A DNA stretch of 60,884 bases, filler included, from Jimgerdemannia flammicorona (lineage: Eukaryota), in NCBI GenBank assembly GCA_003990765.1. It is 3 parts of 3 records of this genome, joined end to end, with 100 filler letters (N's around TTAATTAATTAA, not from the genome) between each part and the next. Parts side by side here need not be neighbours in the genome. Positions count along the whole stretch, not along the records: positions 1 to 20,231 come from RBNJ01001729.1; 2 more parts are not named here. One strand, written 5' to 3'. The notes under the pieces are model-generated. The model was given only the letters and a program-made list of their open reading frames with translations, searched no databases and was not told where the DNA came from. The position numbers and the translations under genes are program-made. Positions 1-14,400 of the stretch are shown here, piece after piece. Numbering within the stretch: the stretch's first letter is position 1; each line of letters opens with the position of its first letter.

Positions 1-3000
1 TTTTTTATAGTCACTTGGACTCTGCCATTTATTACTAGTCTATTGGTAAATACATGCACCCTTCACACTACCCAATTCCCATAGGGGAGTCCTCCCCCAC
101 ACTCTCCTATATAAGTACTACTCTCCCCTCCACTACCCTCACTCTCCCCCTGCTCCTCTGGCAGATTTTCTCCACCAATCGACACCTCTGACCACTCTGC
201 GGACTCCAGCCATGCCACCAGCCTGTCATTATATCTTCCATCAACCCCTGCCACCACAGAACCTGCACCCCCACACTCAAACTCCTCCCATCTTTGAAAA
301 CAAACAACCAGTGACCGGCTAACTCTACCCAAACTGCCAAAACCCACCCCAAGATAAGCCACTCATTTTCCACCCCCCCTACCAATCTATCCCTCAAATC
401 CTCCCACCGACCCCACTCACTATCTCCCCTATGCACTACACTAAGCTTCTTACCAACTGCCAACCAAAAGTCACTCAGCACCTCACATTCCCCTAGCCAA
501 TGTTCAGGCGTCTGCATATATCCCCCCTCCTGTCCTATATTGTGGCACTCCTTATAGTCAAAGCTCTTTCCTTCAACAAGGTGCTCCGATCAGAAGTTGA
601 GCATAACATTCCTCCTCAGCATCTGCCACCATACCACCCAATACTTTGATGGCATCCAACATCACACTCTATCACTCTATGTCCAAATGCCACTCCAGTC
701 CCACTTCTCGCCAATACCTGCTAGTTGCCAGCTGCTGGGCCAAAGATCCTAGCCTGGTCCCCACTGGCACTCCACTCTATCACTAATATTAAAGTCCAAA
801 AGGGGAGCACCCCCCAACAGTACTCAGTCCCATCTCCATATGGTTAGGCCTCATGGCTCCTCCCTCTCATTCTCTTGCCAACGAACTCTAATATGGTGAG
901 CACCATCTACCACTCCCCACCAGAAGCTTTTGAATCATATTCTTCCAATGCTCCAAAGTCCTACCAAGGACAGTAGATCTCCTGTAGAGCCTCTTGACAA
1001 TGACCTCATCTCCCAGACCTTCTGCATCAGGAGGACTCAGCTACCTCCATGCAACTCTACCACCCTCTTCAGCCACTATACACGTAAACAGAATAGCCAC
1101 TTTGGGAAGTCCACCAGCCCAAGGCCTCCTCTAATCACTGGAAGAGACAAAACCTCTCAACTGATCTGACTTCGTTTGCCAGCCCAGATCCACCTCTTGG
1201 CTAGTTTCATCAACCTCTTTACCACCCAGGCCAGAAAGTCCAGGTGATATGCCAAATACCACAACTTCGGAAGCCAATAAGTGTTCAGAATTGAGACTCA
1301 CCCCATCAAAGACAGGTGACGGCCACCCCAACTCTGCAAAGCTTCCTCCCAGATTACAATTCACTGCTCCCACCAGGGTCTCAGAAGGACTGACCCATAA
1401 ACTGACAGATATATACTCAGGTACCACACTGTCTCTCCCACTGGGACAATTGTTCCAATGACATCCCCTCCCACTAGACCATTGCCTAACACCATTGTCT
1501 CACACTTATGCTAATTAAGCCAAGCCCCAGAGTGGACCTCATACCATTCCACTGTCTTCTTGAGCTCCATGACATCCTCAATCGATTCCAGACTGACTAC
1601 CATGTCATCTGCAAAGGCACCAACTTTCCACCCAATACCATAGATAGAGAGCCCAACTATTTTCCTTCGAATCTTATCCATTAGCAGCTCCAGAGATAAA
1701 GTATACAAAATGAGAGATAGAGGGTCACTCCCCTGCCCATGGGAAAAGCCCCCCCTCTGTGTCCATTGCAAATGAAAGCAGCCCTACTTCTTTCCAGTAG
1801 ACTGATCATTGCTTTCCTGAACTGAGGATGTATACTGATTCTGGCCAGTACTCTTGCCAACCATGCTCATTGAACACAGTCATATGCCTTTTCCTAATCT
1901 AGGAAAACCAGTCGACCATCCAGGCCACATGCCTGCACTCCCTCAATAACTCCATGCACCCAAGCCATGCCATCTCTAATCAGCCAATCTCCAATAAAGC
2001 CACACTGCTCCTCACTTAGGACCTGCTAGGCCACCCTCTGCAATCTAGCCACTACCACCTTAGTGACCAACTTTCTGTCCATATCCAGCAGCATAATTGG
2101 CCTCCAATTCTTCCAGTCCTCCCTCCTCCCTTTGTTCTTAAAAATCAATGTCACCAGCCCAAGGTCCTGCTCCCCCACCCATCGCCCAGACTGTAGTATC
2201 AGATCGCACAATGCTGTGAACTCTCCCAATATTCCAGGGACTCTCACCATCTTCTTCCAGAAGTCCCAGGGCAGACCATCCTCCTCTGGTGCTGTGCCTG
2301 AAGTGGTTGCGGCCAGTACCCAGTGAATCTCCTCCTTCTGAACTAGTGATACCAAGTCACTCAGCCCTTCTACTTGTAGTGGGTGCCAGTCCTCCAGAGC
2401 ATGGTCAATGGCGGCATCATCTGCCCCATCCTCCTCCTCACTTCAAAGTCCACTCCAGCACCCCTTCAATACACCGAGAATGTCTTATACACCATATATT
2501 AGCAAACCATCAGGTGCCTCTACTCCCTCCCATCTTTGCTTCACCCTTCTCACCTGAAGGGCCCTCGTAAGATACTTTGAAGGTCTTTTTCCTTCCTCCT
2601 GCCCCTGCCATCATAGCCTTGCCATCAGGCCCTGTACTTGTGCCTCCTCCTCATCCCACAGCACCTGTTGTAGTTCCCCAATTTCCATTTTCACCCACCT
2701 TACTCTCCAGTCCTCCCCCCCCTCTTGCTCCACTAGACCAGCCCAATCCTCCAGAAGTCTAGTCAATCTAGCTGAAGCTCATCTCCCCTTTCTTCTCCTC
2801 CATCTTCCAGCCACTTTGCCAGCCTTGCTCCAGTAGACCCTGGCAGCATCTTTCAACCTCAACCACCTGGCACTAACTGGGGCACCCTCTTGTATCCAGC
2901 CCTCCACCTTTTGTTGAATTTCTACCACCTACTTATCCCACAGTATCTTATCAGCTAGCAAAGAGAAATTGAGGCACCAATGTCCAGGCCCATCCCCACT

Positions 3001-5861
3001 CCCCCCAAAATGTCCCTGCCCTAGCAAACCCCAATGATCCAACCATGAATACCACTCAACCTCCAGTGACTTCCACACATCGAGACCCAGCAGCTTGCTA
3101 TCAAAATCCAGTCAATTCTTATCTCCAGGCCTCTAGTCCAATGTATGTATACCCTCCTGTCACCCCAAATCCCCCTACCAGCATCCATCAGAGCACTCAA
3201 CCTTTCCACCTCCTCCCATGCCTCCAGCCCACCACTCTTACCCTCTGCCCCCCACCCTCTGTCAGTCTTATCCACCAATACATCTCTGACCATATTAAAT
3301 TCCCACCAAGCAAGTCTACACCCACCTCTGCAAGGACCCCACTCTCTCTAAGGTCCTTCACTCAATCAATATGCTCAATTCTCACAGCAGGGCAGTAGCA
3401 GGACCCCACTGTGGTTGGCTCCCAGCCTGCTCATATTTATTCTCTCCAAACCAGTCTGTCACCCCAGTTCCTCACATCCCGGATCTCCCCTCTACCTCTC
3501 TGAACCAGAATCCCAACCTTCCCCATCCAAACTGCCTCCCCTCCCCATTTCTTCATCCATTCTAGTCCTTCCAAGTCATCCTCACATCTGACATCCTGCA
3601 AAAGAAAGAGATCAGCCTCCAATCCCTTTAACTAAGTAAAAATATTCCAGCACCAAAAAGACCCCCATAGCCTGTTCACATTCAAAGAAAAAATGTTGGT
3701 TGTACTATTCATAAGGGAGATTATAAAGTTTCAAAAGAGTCCTCTACTGCTCTATGTCCACTTCCTTCTATGCTCTATCCAGATTGTGCTCTGCAATAGC
3801 TTCTGCCTCCTCAGCCCTCTTAGCCTCCAATTCAGCCAGGATCTCAGCCATCTCCCCATCCTCCTTTTCCTCGAACTCCTCGTGGTACTCCAAGCAAGCC
3901 TCTTACCAGAGCTACAGTCCATGCTGCTTAGCCCAACAGTGGGCAGTCCTTTCACCCACCACAACTGCCAGAGCAGCCTCCCTCTCCTTATTGATCTCAT
4001 ACCCCTCCTCCTCCAAGTATATCATCAGAATTTCTGCCTTCAATGCTGCCACCACTCCATCACCCTGCAGGATCCTTGTCCAATGCTCATTGCTCATCAC
4101 TTGGAGGTCAACTTCCCCCAGCTCTTCTGCTGTCAAGTTGTTCATCATCCGGCACACCCAGAGCAAATTCCCCACCTCTTTCCCTCCTGGGGTTACTGGC
4201 CTCCCTCCATCTAACATTGTAGTATCAGCCCCTATACTCGCCGACTCATTCCATCCCTCCTCAGGGACATCCACCAATTCTTCTTCTCCAGTTGCCTCTA
4301 CCAATCCCCCCTTCTCTACATTTGGAACTCCAAAGTACACCTGCTGAGTACCGCTCATCCATACATCCTCTACCACCCTACCTCTCACCACTGGTCCCCT
4401 TCTGATAAGGGGGGAGGGTGAAGGTGAATCCTCCCAGGTTTCCTCCCAAACCTCCAATGTACCATCCTCATATGGATTCTTGCTTGGCACCTTCTCGGCC
4501 TCCTCCTGACCCCCCTTCTCCATCCCTCTACTCCCAGCAGCCCAGACACTCATCTCAGCACCTCCAGTGGTTGCACTACCTCCTGCCTTACTCTTTGCCC
4601 CCACCCCCATTTTCTCCAACAACTCCCTCTGCCTTCTGCGCCCTTGGGACCTCTCCTATGCCACCTTATTGATGTGGACTCACTTCCCTCCAACTACCTC
4701 AAGATGTGTTGACTCCTTGAATGCCTTCCACACCTTTGCCCTCCTCTCTACTGCCCCACTCAACTCCTCCAGTGCTTCTAACAAATCCTCCTCCTCCTTG
4801 CTCCCCTTTACTCTCATCACCTTGCACAAGAAAGCCCCCCACACCATCCCCAAGGGCCAGTCCCAAGCCTTCCCAGTAGCCTCCCTCCCTGCCAACTGAA
4901 TCCTGACATCCACATCTTTTGTCCAGAGGGAGATTCCTTCCCACACTCTAAACCCAATATCAACCACCTCCCCATACTCCTCCATGATCTCCTCAACTTG
5001 CTTCCTCATCTCGACAGCAGTAACAGTGGAAACTCCTTTCACCAGAAGCTGCACTACTCTTGGGTCCCACCTCAGGCATCTCACCATTGGTACACACACC
5101 TCACCCACCATCATCCCAGTCTTCAGAGCCTCCTCCAATGGCCCAGCCTTCTCAAATTCCACCTCCACCTCTTCTAGGCCCTTCAGGAACTTAACAGACA
5201 CCGTACCACTCATTTGCTTCGCGATCAGCCCCAGAACCATTTTTGCCATCACTGCCAAGCCCCTGAAACACATCATAACTGCAAATTCTGGGATCAACTT
5301 CTTGAGTAATGGGGCCACTTCCAGTCCTATTACACTATCCACCAGGTCTCCTGGCCTTGTGCCCTCCCCACTGCTTGGTCCACCATCAGCAGTCCCATCT
5401 AGATTTTTTTCCAGATCACCCATCACACCCCCATCAACAGTCTCCGCCCCAGCTGCTACTCCCCCAGCTCCACCCCTATGGTCCTCCAGAGAGGCACCCC
5501 CATGAGGCTGCTGCCTTGTAGCCCTCACCGGCACCTTCCCTCCCTCAGTCAGCTCTTCAGTCCAGCTCCCTGCTGACCCCCCTTTACCTTCTCCACAAAG
5601 CTCACTCTACCAGACCCTTGACCTCCAGCTCTGCCCCCTCCTCCACTATGTCCTTCCACCAGCAGGCCCCTCATACTTCCCCCCAAGCCTGGGCCTCTCC
5701 CTACTTACTGCCACTTACATAAATACTCCAGGGCCACCCTGCCCAGTATGTACCTCAGGATGCTTGTAGGTTGCCATAATACTAGTAGCTTGTCTCCAGA
5801 AACTGTATTGAAAGTGTTGCCAAAAGGTTGTGTAATCTGAATGTTACCAGTAGAAGGGACA
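1..5861 (-). mobile_element. Full-length but degenerate L1/Tx1-like non-LTR retrotransposon (LINE copy A): ORF1 ~5700-3715, ORF2 ~3712-63 (APE endonuclease, RT, C-terminal Zn knuckle), poly(A) at window start
   Basis: Minus-strand fragments: APE (MNSTTNIFSLNVN.., FLLQDVR, IRIDWILI), RT (NWRPIMLLDMDRKLVTK, QGSDPLS, AFADD), Zn knuckle (..QTPEHWLGEC). 3' end AATAAA..GTGACTAT-poly(A) and 5' end (TGTCCCTTCTACTGGTAACATTCAG) both match copy B. Many stops and frameshifts. Confidence 0.9.
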
Positions 5862-8800
5862 GTTTTGTTCTTGTCCATTTCCTCATCTTTCATAATGACA
5901 CTCTGTCTTGAGCCTCTACTTTCCTTCAGGGTCTCCTTGGGTGCTGCTCTTTTCTCCCCTGCCCAAGCACTCACCCTCAACTCAACATCTTCAGTGGCAA
6001 TCCCCCCCTCTGCCTCCTCATCTAACTTTGCCAACAGCTCCTTCTGAATATATCTCCCCTATGCCCTCTCTTAGACTGCTCAAGCAAAAAGACAATTATG
6101 AATATATCTACCTATAAGGAAAAAATTAAAGAAAACTCTATTGAAGTTCTCATCAACAGTAGAGCAAACAAGTACTATTTTGATAAAGAGATCACTGATA
6201 AGCTCAGACTTAAGAAATAAAAAAATTCAGAAGGAAATATTACTATATTTAGAAATGAAACAATTTAGAAACTCTTTAAAATATGTAAAAATATACTTAT
6301 ACAACTAGGAAACTATACTATAAAACAGATATTCTATGTATATTATATATCTTTTAAGACATAATCTCATTCTTGAAAAATTCTGGCTCACTTAAGAAAA
6401 TTTATATATTAACTAATAAACTAATACAATCTCTCTAGGATATATCAAGTTATAGCTAGAATAGACTAAGAAGAAGATAAAATCTAAGTATAATATCATT
6501 TTTGCTATCTAAATGAAGAAGCTAATCTGGAAATCAGAACAATGTATCTATATATATACTATTAAAGAGCTATCAGCAGAAGATGATAATGATAATAATG
6601 ATCTTTCTGAACTATTGAAAGAAAAAAGCCTTTAGGAACTACTTAAACTACAAAGATATCTTTTAAGAATGTCAAGAACTACCACCTATCTGAATAGTAA
6701 AATATAGTATTAAAACTACTTCAGAAGCAGACTCTCTCTACTATAGAATATACTAACTAGATTAGTCTAAGCTAGAGACTCTTAAGAAATAGCTAGCAGA
6801 CCTGTCAAACAAAGGTCTCATATGTCTATCAAAATTATCATATAGTATACTAATTTTCTTTATTTATAAGAAAGATAAAAGTCTCTATATATATATTAAT
6901 TACCAAGTACTCAATAAGATATCTGTTAAGAACTAATATATACTCTTACAAATTAATAAACTACTTGACTAAGTATATAATGCCAAGATCTTTTCACTTA
7001 TTGATCTTATATCTAGATATTATCAAGAAAAAAGACAGTATTTCAAATAAGATTTAGACATTACAAATTCTATATAATATCTTTTAGACTTATCAATATA
7101 TATACTAGTAATCTTCTAGATACTAATGAATAATATATTTTGCAAATATCTTAAAGTATTTATTTTAGTATACTTGGATAATATTTTTATATATAGTATA
7201 TGTAGTACTATCTATTAATAATATCTACAGATGGTTTTTGATATACATACTTAAAGAACATAAGCTCTCAGTAAAAAAGAAGAAGTATTACTACTTTAAG
7301 AAAGAAATTAAATATCTAGGATATATTGTCTCAACAAATGATATTGCTATCAACTCCAAAAAAAACTGAAGTAATTTATAACTGGTCTATTTTGAAGACT
7401 CTCAAGTCTCTATAAGGGTTTAATAGATTAGCTGAATATTACTGAAGATTTATTCAAGAATTCTTAGCAATTGCCTCCTTACTTACAAATCTTTACAAGA
7501 AGAAAACCAATGTCAAAAAAGAATAGACAGAAGAATATACTATAGTAATCTCAAGAGAATACTAACCAAATATACTAATTCTGATTAGCCTAAACTCAAC
7601 AGAACTCTTCACTATTATTACAGATATCTCAAATATTATCATTAGAGCCATATTGATTCAGTATAAATATTCAGTTACATATCTATTCCAAAAGCTAAAT
7701 GAGTATAAAAATAACTATATAATATAAGATAAAGAACTTCTTACAGTTATCTGATCTCTGTAATTATAGAGATATTTTCTTCTTAGTAAGAAATTCATCT
7801 TATAGTTAGACTATTACATAAGTTCTATAATATATTTAGATATAACTAATCCTTATAGAAAGATAAGTATAATAGATACAGATTCTTATATCCTTTAATA
7901 TTGAAATAAGCACATTGCTAGTACTAAGAATAAAGTAGCTAATATACTTTCTGAAGTACTCAGAAGAATAATTTCATAGTAATTAACAATATCATTACTA
8001 GTTTATTTAAAAAGATCAAAAAGGGGTATACTAAGAATACTAATATATATATAAGAAATTATCAAAAAAATCTTCAAAGAAGGAAGCAATATTATGAAAA
8101 AGATATATAAGAATATTTCTGTTCAAAATAGATATATATATCTTAATAATATAAGAATTTGGATTTTTAACACTTCTATATACCTGCAAATTCTATAAGA
8201 ATTATATAATATACTTCTAGCTAGTTATATAGAATTTGACAAAATATACTAATATATTACTTAAGATTTCTACTAGTTTATAATGATAGCTAATATTAAG
8301 AACTATATTATCTTATAATGTTTGCTAAAGATATATACAAGCCTAGCAACTAAGCTCTAGCTGGAATACTATAGCTACTATCAATTTCTATCTAAAATTG
8401 AGATTATATCAGAATAAACTTTATTATCTAACTGTTAAAAATAAAGAAAAGAAGAGATATAATTATTGTCTTCATCAATTATCTCAGTAAGCAGGCTTAT
8501 TTCATTATAATAACTACTACTATAATAGCTCCAGAAACAGTATAATTATTTATTAATAATATATTCTATCTCTATAGATTATTATCAATAATCATCTCTG
8601 ATAGAGATATGAAATTTACAAATAACTTCTAGTGAGTGTCTTTAAAAGACTAGATATATAACTCAAGATATCTACTGCCTATTATACGTATATAGATAGA
8701 CAGTCAAACAGAATGAATCAATTGAATTCTGAGCAGATACTTAGTATCTACTAGAGCTATAAACAGAATGATTGAAATAAAAAAATAACTCTAGCTAAAT

Positions 8801-10540
8801 TTATATATAATAATAGTATAAGTATAAGTATAAAAATAACCTCATTTTATCTGAACTATGGATAATATCCCTGAACTCTCATAACTTATATAAGTAATAG
8901 TATTAGTAGTATAAGAAGTTATTAATATATATTATATAAGATACTATCTAGCAAGTATATAATATTCTTATAGAAGTATATATAAAGAATATATATAAGT
9001 AGTATAAACTAATAAAAATAAAAAAGAAGTTATATATAGAAAAAGGTAAATGAATATTACTTAGTATATAATACCTAACTCTAGATAATATAAGACTAAA
9101 AAAAAAACTTAAATCCTATTATATTAGATTATTTAAGATCTTAGAGAAGTATAGTCCTGTTATATATAAGTTAGACCTCTCAGTAGCTCTAGAAAAAATC
9201 CATCTAGTGTTTCATATATCTCAACTCTAGCTATATATATCAAAAACACTTTTGAAAAAAGAATAGTATTACTTTCAGATCTAATTATTATTAACTAAAA
9301 ACTAGAATATAAAATCAATTACATTCTGGATCATAAGGACTATTAATTTGGACAAGCTATTAAGCTTATCTAGTATTATCTTATAAAATGAAAAGAATAT
9401 ATTGAGTATGATACTATTTGAAAAAAAGAAGATAATCTTTTACTAAATATAGAAGAAGTAGTAATCTAATATAGATATCTGATATAATAGAAATTTTAAC
9501 AGAATTTTCAAAAGACAGTTATATCTCTAAATATCTCTAATAAAGAGAAGTATAAATAACCTAAACAATCCTATATAGATAACCTACTACAATATAAGTA
9601 CTCAGTAATAATACTGAGAATAAATCAAGAACAAAATTACTACTACTGATCTTATAGCTATTAAATACCAATAGAATTCTACTGAACTACTCTCTATCAA
9701 TATATAAATCTCTAGAGACTCAGATTCAAATAAAACCCAACAATATCTTAGAAGAATCTAATATTTTCAGATCTTTTATTACTAATAAAAATTAAAGGAG
9801 TACTATAAGATAAGATATCTTATTTATCAATAAGCTACTCTCAATAGTATTAAGTAATGAGTCTGTCTTTTCATTAATAACTATATCTATATTATTGTCA
9901 AAAGACTTTATATTCTTTTTGTATCTGACCCTAAGTTCTCAACTATCTCTATAGAGTATCTCTTGAAAATATTACTAATTTGAGTAATAAATAATAAAGC
10001 AATATTATTTTTTAAATAGTTTAGTATACTGCTCTTCAGTTTGATGAATATATATCTAGAGTTTAGTACTGAATCTAATAAGTAGGTTCAGACAAAGAAG
10101 AGAAGAATATAATGAATTATTATATATCTATAAGCTACTAGAATTTCCAATAGAAATTCTGATAAAAATTTCTATGGAATTTTCAACTAGTAGTTATAGA
10201 TACTGAATATAGTATATATACTATATAAAGATATACTCAGTATACTATATTTAATCATAGCTTTAAATTTATATAAATACTCTCTATTGAGTATATTGTA
10301 ACCTCAGCTCTACTTTTTTCAAATAAAGAATAAAGTAGTATTTCTATCATAGAACTCTCAGGTCTGACTTATTAATGATTCTGAACCTTATTAACTTAGA
10401 ATATAAGTATGGTACTTTCTAGTATAAGAATCCAAAAGTAATACTTAAACTATACTACTATAATAAACAATTAAAACTCAGTACTTCCTTATAAGAACTC
10501 AGAACTTAAGACCAATAGTTAATCCTGATTATCTATAATA
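5862..10540 (+). mobile_element. Heavily decayed Ty3/Gypsy chromovirus, 3' part (PR-RT-RH-IN-chromodomain, probable PPT 10094-10107 and 3' LTR from ~10108); 5' part cut off by LINE copy A
   Basis: Relic motifs: PR VLINSRA (from LIDSGA) ~6146; RT YLDNIFIYS ~7171; RNase H TDIS..IRAILIQ ~7620; IN ISDRD.KFT ~8592 and STAY....RQSNRMN ~8671; chromodomain EYKINYILDH..YLIK*KEY..TI*KKEDNL ~9305-9440. LTR boundaries are approximate. Confidence 0.85.
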
Positions 10541-10754
10541 TATTAATTTTATCAATATATATAGTTTTATTATAACTAAAATCAAATAGAGATATAAATA
10601 TATATATATATATTTTTTTAAAAAAAAAAATAAGTTTATAATTACTATTACTAGTTAATAATATAAGTTTTAGTAAATAAGATATATTAGTTAATAAAAA
10701 TAGTATCTATAGAATATAAGTACTATACTTAATATAAAAATAAATTTTATTTAC

Positions 10755-11103
10755 TGTAATATAGTAGGCATATAACCAGAGAAATACAGCAGATTTCTAT
10801 AACTCTTCTTGACTTCTCAGAGTCACAAGTAGTATCTATCTGATCTTATTATCAGACTATTAGAGTAAGACTCAAACTCTTTTGATTTGAGATTTATTTG
10901 CTCTAGATACTAGAATATTTATATAAGTTTGCTAGCTATAAGGTAACTAAGTTATGACTATATTTCCTATAAGTTACTTTTTACAAGTATAGATTCTCTA
11001 CATCTGTAAAATCTCTACATTTGTAAAGTTTCTACATTTGTGAAATAATTACAATTATATATCTATTTTCTATTTCTATTTCTATTTCATACTATATATT
11101 ATA
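10755..11103 (-). repeat. LTR (3' LTR) of TRIM-like element
   Basis: Colinear with 17631-17962; differences are mostly transitions plus small indels. Confidence 0.85.
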
Positions 11104-11462
11104 TCTTTTCTCTGAATAGATTATTTTTAATGCAAAAATACCTATTCAAATTTCTATATCTCAATATTTATATATTTATTCCCTCTATATAGACATATTT
11201 ATAATATATTTAAGCAATTGTCAGAATGTTTTTTGAGGTTCCAAAAGTCTTTAAATAATTAATTCAAGATGTTATCAAAAGAGTCAGATAATGGTTTATA
11301 TATAATGTCTTTAGTAGAGTAGCAGTTTATATAATAGGCAGTATTCTTATATTATGAGATGGCTTTTAAACTCATTGAGTATAAATAACAGACTTTGGAG
11401 TGGGGCAGCAAATTGTATATCATGGGTTAGTAAATCATATGTCATAGAATAGCTTCCAGACT

Positions 11463-14400
11463 GATGATGTCACTTTTCACTAATAACATTCAGATGACAC
11501 AAGATTTAGACAATACTTTATACAATGTTTTTGATGAAAGGAGATTATTGATATAAATAGCAACAATCATACTAGTGAGCATACCAGCCAGGAAAGCAGT
11601 AGTGCCTTTGGCTGGCAATACATAGAGAGGAGAGAAGATGGTTTGGAGATACCAGGGCCCTCTATAGCTGGCTGCAACACTGGTGGTAGAGGGAGGGGTG
11701 GTTTGAGATAATGAGGAGGAGAGAGGATGATCTTTACTGATAAGGTCAAGATGGGGAGAATGGTGTCTAGACTGGATAGTTGGTTGGGACTGGGAAAGAT
11801 ATTGATGATTCTGGTTGGGAACCAGAGAGGGGCCCCTATAGGAGAGTCAGGCAGTCAAGAGAGGGGGGGAGTAGGGGCTGGAGAAGTGACTACTGATGGA
11901 GCTGTGACTGGGGATCTGGAAAAAAATCTAGATGTGATGGTGGTTGATAGATCAGGACAGGGGGAGGGCACAAGACCCAGAGACCTAGCAGATAGCATGA
12001 TGGGCATAGTGTTGGCACTATTACTCAAAAAATCAAGATCAGAATCTGCTATTACATTGTACTTCTGAGGCTTAGCAGTGACTGTGAGGATGATTTTGGA
12101 GCTGGTGGTATAGGAGGTGAAGGGGGCAGCTTCGGTGAAGTTTTTGAAGGGGAAAGAAGAAGTTGAGGTGGGATTTAAGAAAGAGGTGTCATTATTGGAG
12201 GCTGTGAAGAAGGGGGTAGTAGTGGGTGGAGTAGTAATTCCTATGACCCAGTACATATACTGAGACCCTCAAGTGGTATAGTTGATAGTATTGGATCTTC
12301 CTATGGTATCAAGGAAGAGGGCCAGGTGGGGATAGTTAAGGAGTATGGAGAGATCATGGACATTAGGTTCTAAGTCTGGGAGGGTACTGAACTCAGAACA
12401 GGAGACATAGATGTCAGAGTATGGCTGGCTGGAAGAGAGAATACAGGGAAGATGAGGGACTGGCCTACTACTCTCAAGTGGGACTTAGTGGAGTGCAAGG
12501 TTTTGAGGGTGAAGGGGATGCTTGAGGAAGAGAAGGACTTGCTGGAGGCTCTGAAGGATCTGGCAGGAGTAGTTGAGAAGAGGAGACTGGCTTGGAAGGA
12601 GTATGAGACCAAGATAGTGGTGGAGATTATTGATGGAAAAAGGATCAGGATGGACAAGAAGACCTGGGAGAAGATACAGAGGAGGCAAATCCAGAAGGAG
12701 TTACTGGCAAAGATGGGAGGAGGTGTGGCAGACAGCAGGGTGAGAGAAGGTGGTACTGAACTGGGGGAGAGCACCTGGGCTGAGGAGCACAGGGTGGCTC
12801 CAGAGGTGGCTCCAGATGGATCGAATGAGGAGGGTCTAGGCAGCATAGTGGAGAATACTGAAATAAGAGAGGAGATACACCCTCTATATAGTGTCTCAAG
12901 TAGGGTAGAGGGGGAAGAGGAATTGCTGAACATACTGGAGGAGGAGTGGGATAAGTCAGGAAGGAGGAGTGCTCTGATAGACCCTATGGTGGGAGTTGAG
13001 AGAGTTGCCCAGAGTATTGCTGAGATGGTGGATGAAGAGAAGTGACTGTGAAAGACTCTGAAGGAGATAGTAGCTGAGGAGCTTGGGGGAGAGGACTTTT
13101 GTATGCTAAGTGATCAGTACTGAAAAGAAATTCTTTATAGGGAGAAAGTGCCAAGGAAGATTAGGAATGAAATCCTGGCAGTACTATTAGAGTCAGAGAA
13201 ATATCAAGTTAATGATCAGAGGGAGGAGGCCCTTCAGAGGATTGTGAATGACTGGGTAGTATACTTGTGAGACTCAAGGAAGGGGTTGGAAAAGTGGAGA
13301 GTAGTATGCATAGATTATTGAACAGAAATGGAGGTTGTAGATAGAGTAGAGTGTCAGAAAATCTTGGAAGCACTGGATGCTCAAGCTGTGGCAGAGGATG
13401 ATTTGGAGGCAGAGCAGCATTTGGATCTGGCTGGGGATAAAATAAGTATGGAATTCTAAATGGGGCTCTCAATTATTAAATATTTTTTCAATATGAACAG
13501 TATAACTAGAATCTTTTCTTTGAATGTGAATGGGTTGAGGAGAGCAGCACAATGAAGGAATATCTTTAGCTGGCTGAGGGGACTGAATGTGGATCTCTTT
13601 TTACTGCAGGATATACAGTATGAGGTTGACATAGATTTACTGGACTGGACTAGAAAATGGGGTGGGGCAGCTATGTGGACTGGGTGAGTGGGCATTCTGG
13701 TTTGAAAGAGAATAGGAGATATTGGGGACATTGGACATTGGGGGAGTAGATTGGTGTGGGGAGTATGGAAGAGATCTGGATGGACCTCTTTGACTATTGG
13801 GTCATATTATTGCCCAGCTGAGAGGAGGGAATGCATAGATTGGGTTAGAGGCCTGAGGGAGGCTAGTATCATGAGTAAAGCTGGGATTAATTACTTGGGG
13901 GGAGATTTAAACATAATATAAGATAATGGAATAAATAGGACTGATGGAGAGAGAGGAATGAGAGGCAGAAGTAGTGAGTTAGATGATTGAATGGAGATTG
14001 AGAGGTTGAGCTCACTGGTTGACTCAGAGTGACAGTTCTGGGTAGATCACAGAATTTATACCCACTGGGTAGCAGGGCTGGGCTCCAGAATTGACTGAGT
14101 GTTGATGGCAGAGTACTGGAGAGTGGATGTCTGGGATGTACTGGAGGTGGTTTGGTGCCTGTAGTTGGATTACTGGGGTCTGATCAGGGGTGGGAGATTT
14201 GGGGGAAGTGAGGACAAGCCAGGACACTGGTAGCTGAATTCTTCTTTACTGGAGGATAGTTCCTTATGGATAGATTAGGAGGTGGAAGTTATTGAGAAGA
14301 TTAATAGGTGGCAGGAGTAGGGATTAGTGATTGGAGATTACTAGTGGTAGCTGAAATTGAGTGCTCAGAGGTGGCAGCAAGTGCAATGGGCTTCACTGAG

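Noticed and set aside
3693..5521. Long plus-strand ORFs antisense to LINE copy A, and similar shadow ORFs over the GC-rich genes at 42-59 kb
   Set aside because: Ser/Pro-rich antisense shadows of real coding frames with no independent motifs.
9500..10090. Possible antisense ORF in the chromovirus 3' region
   Set aside because: Too decayed to establish a reading frame.
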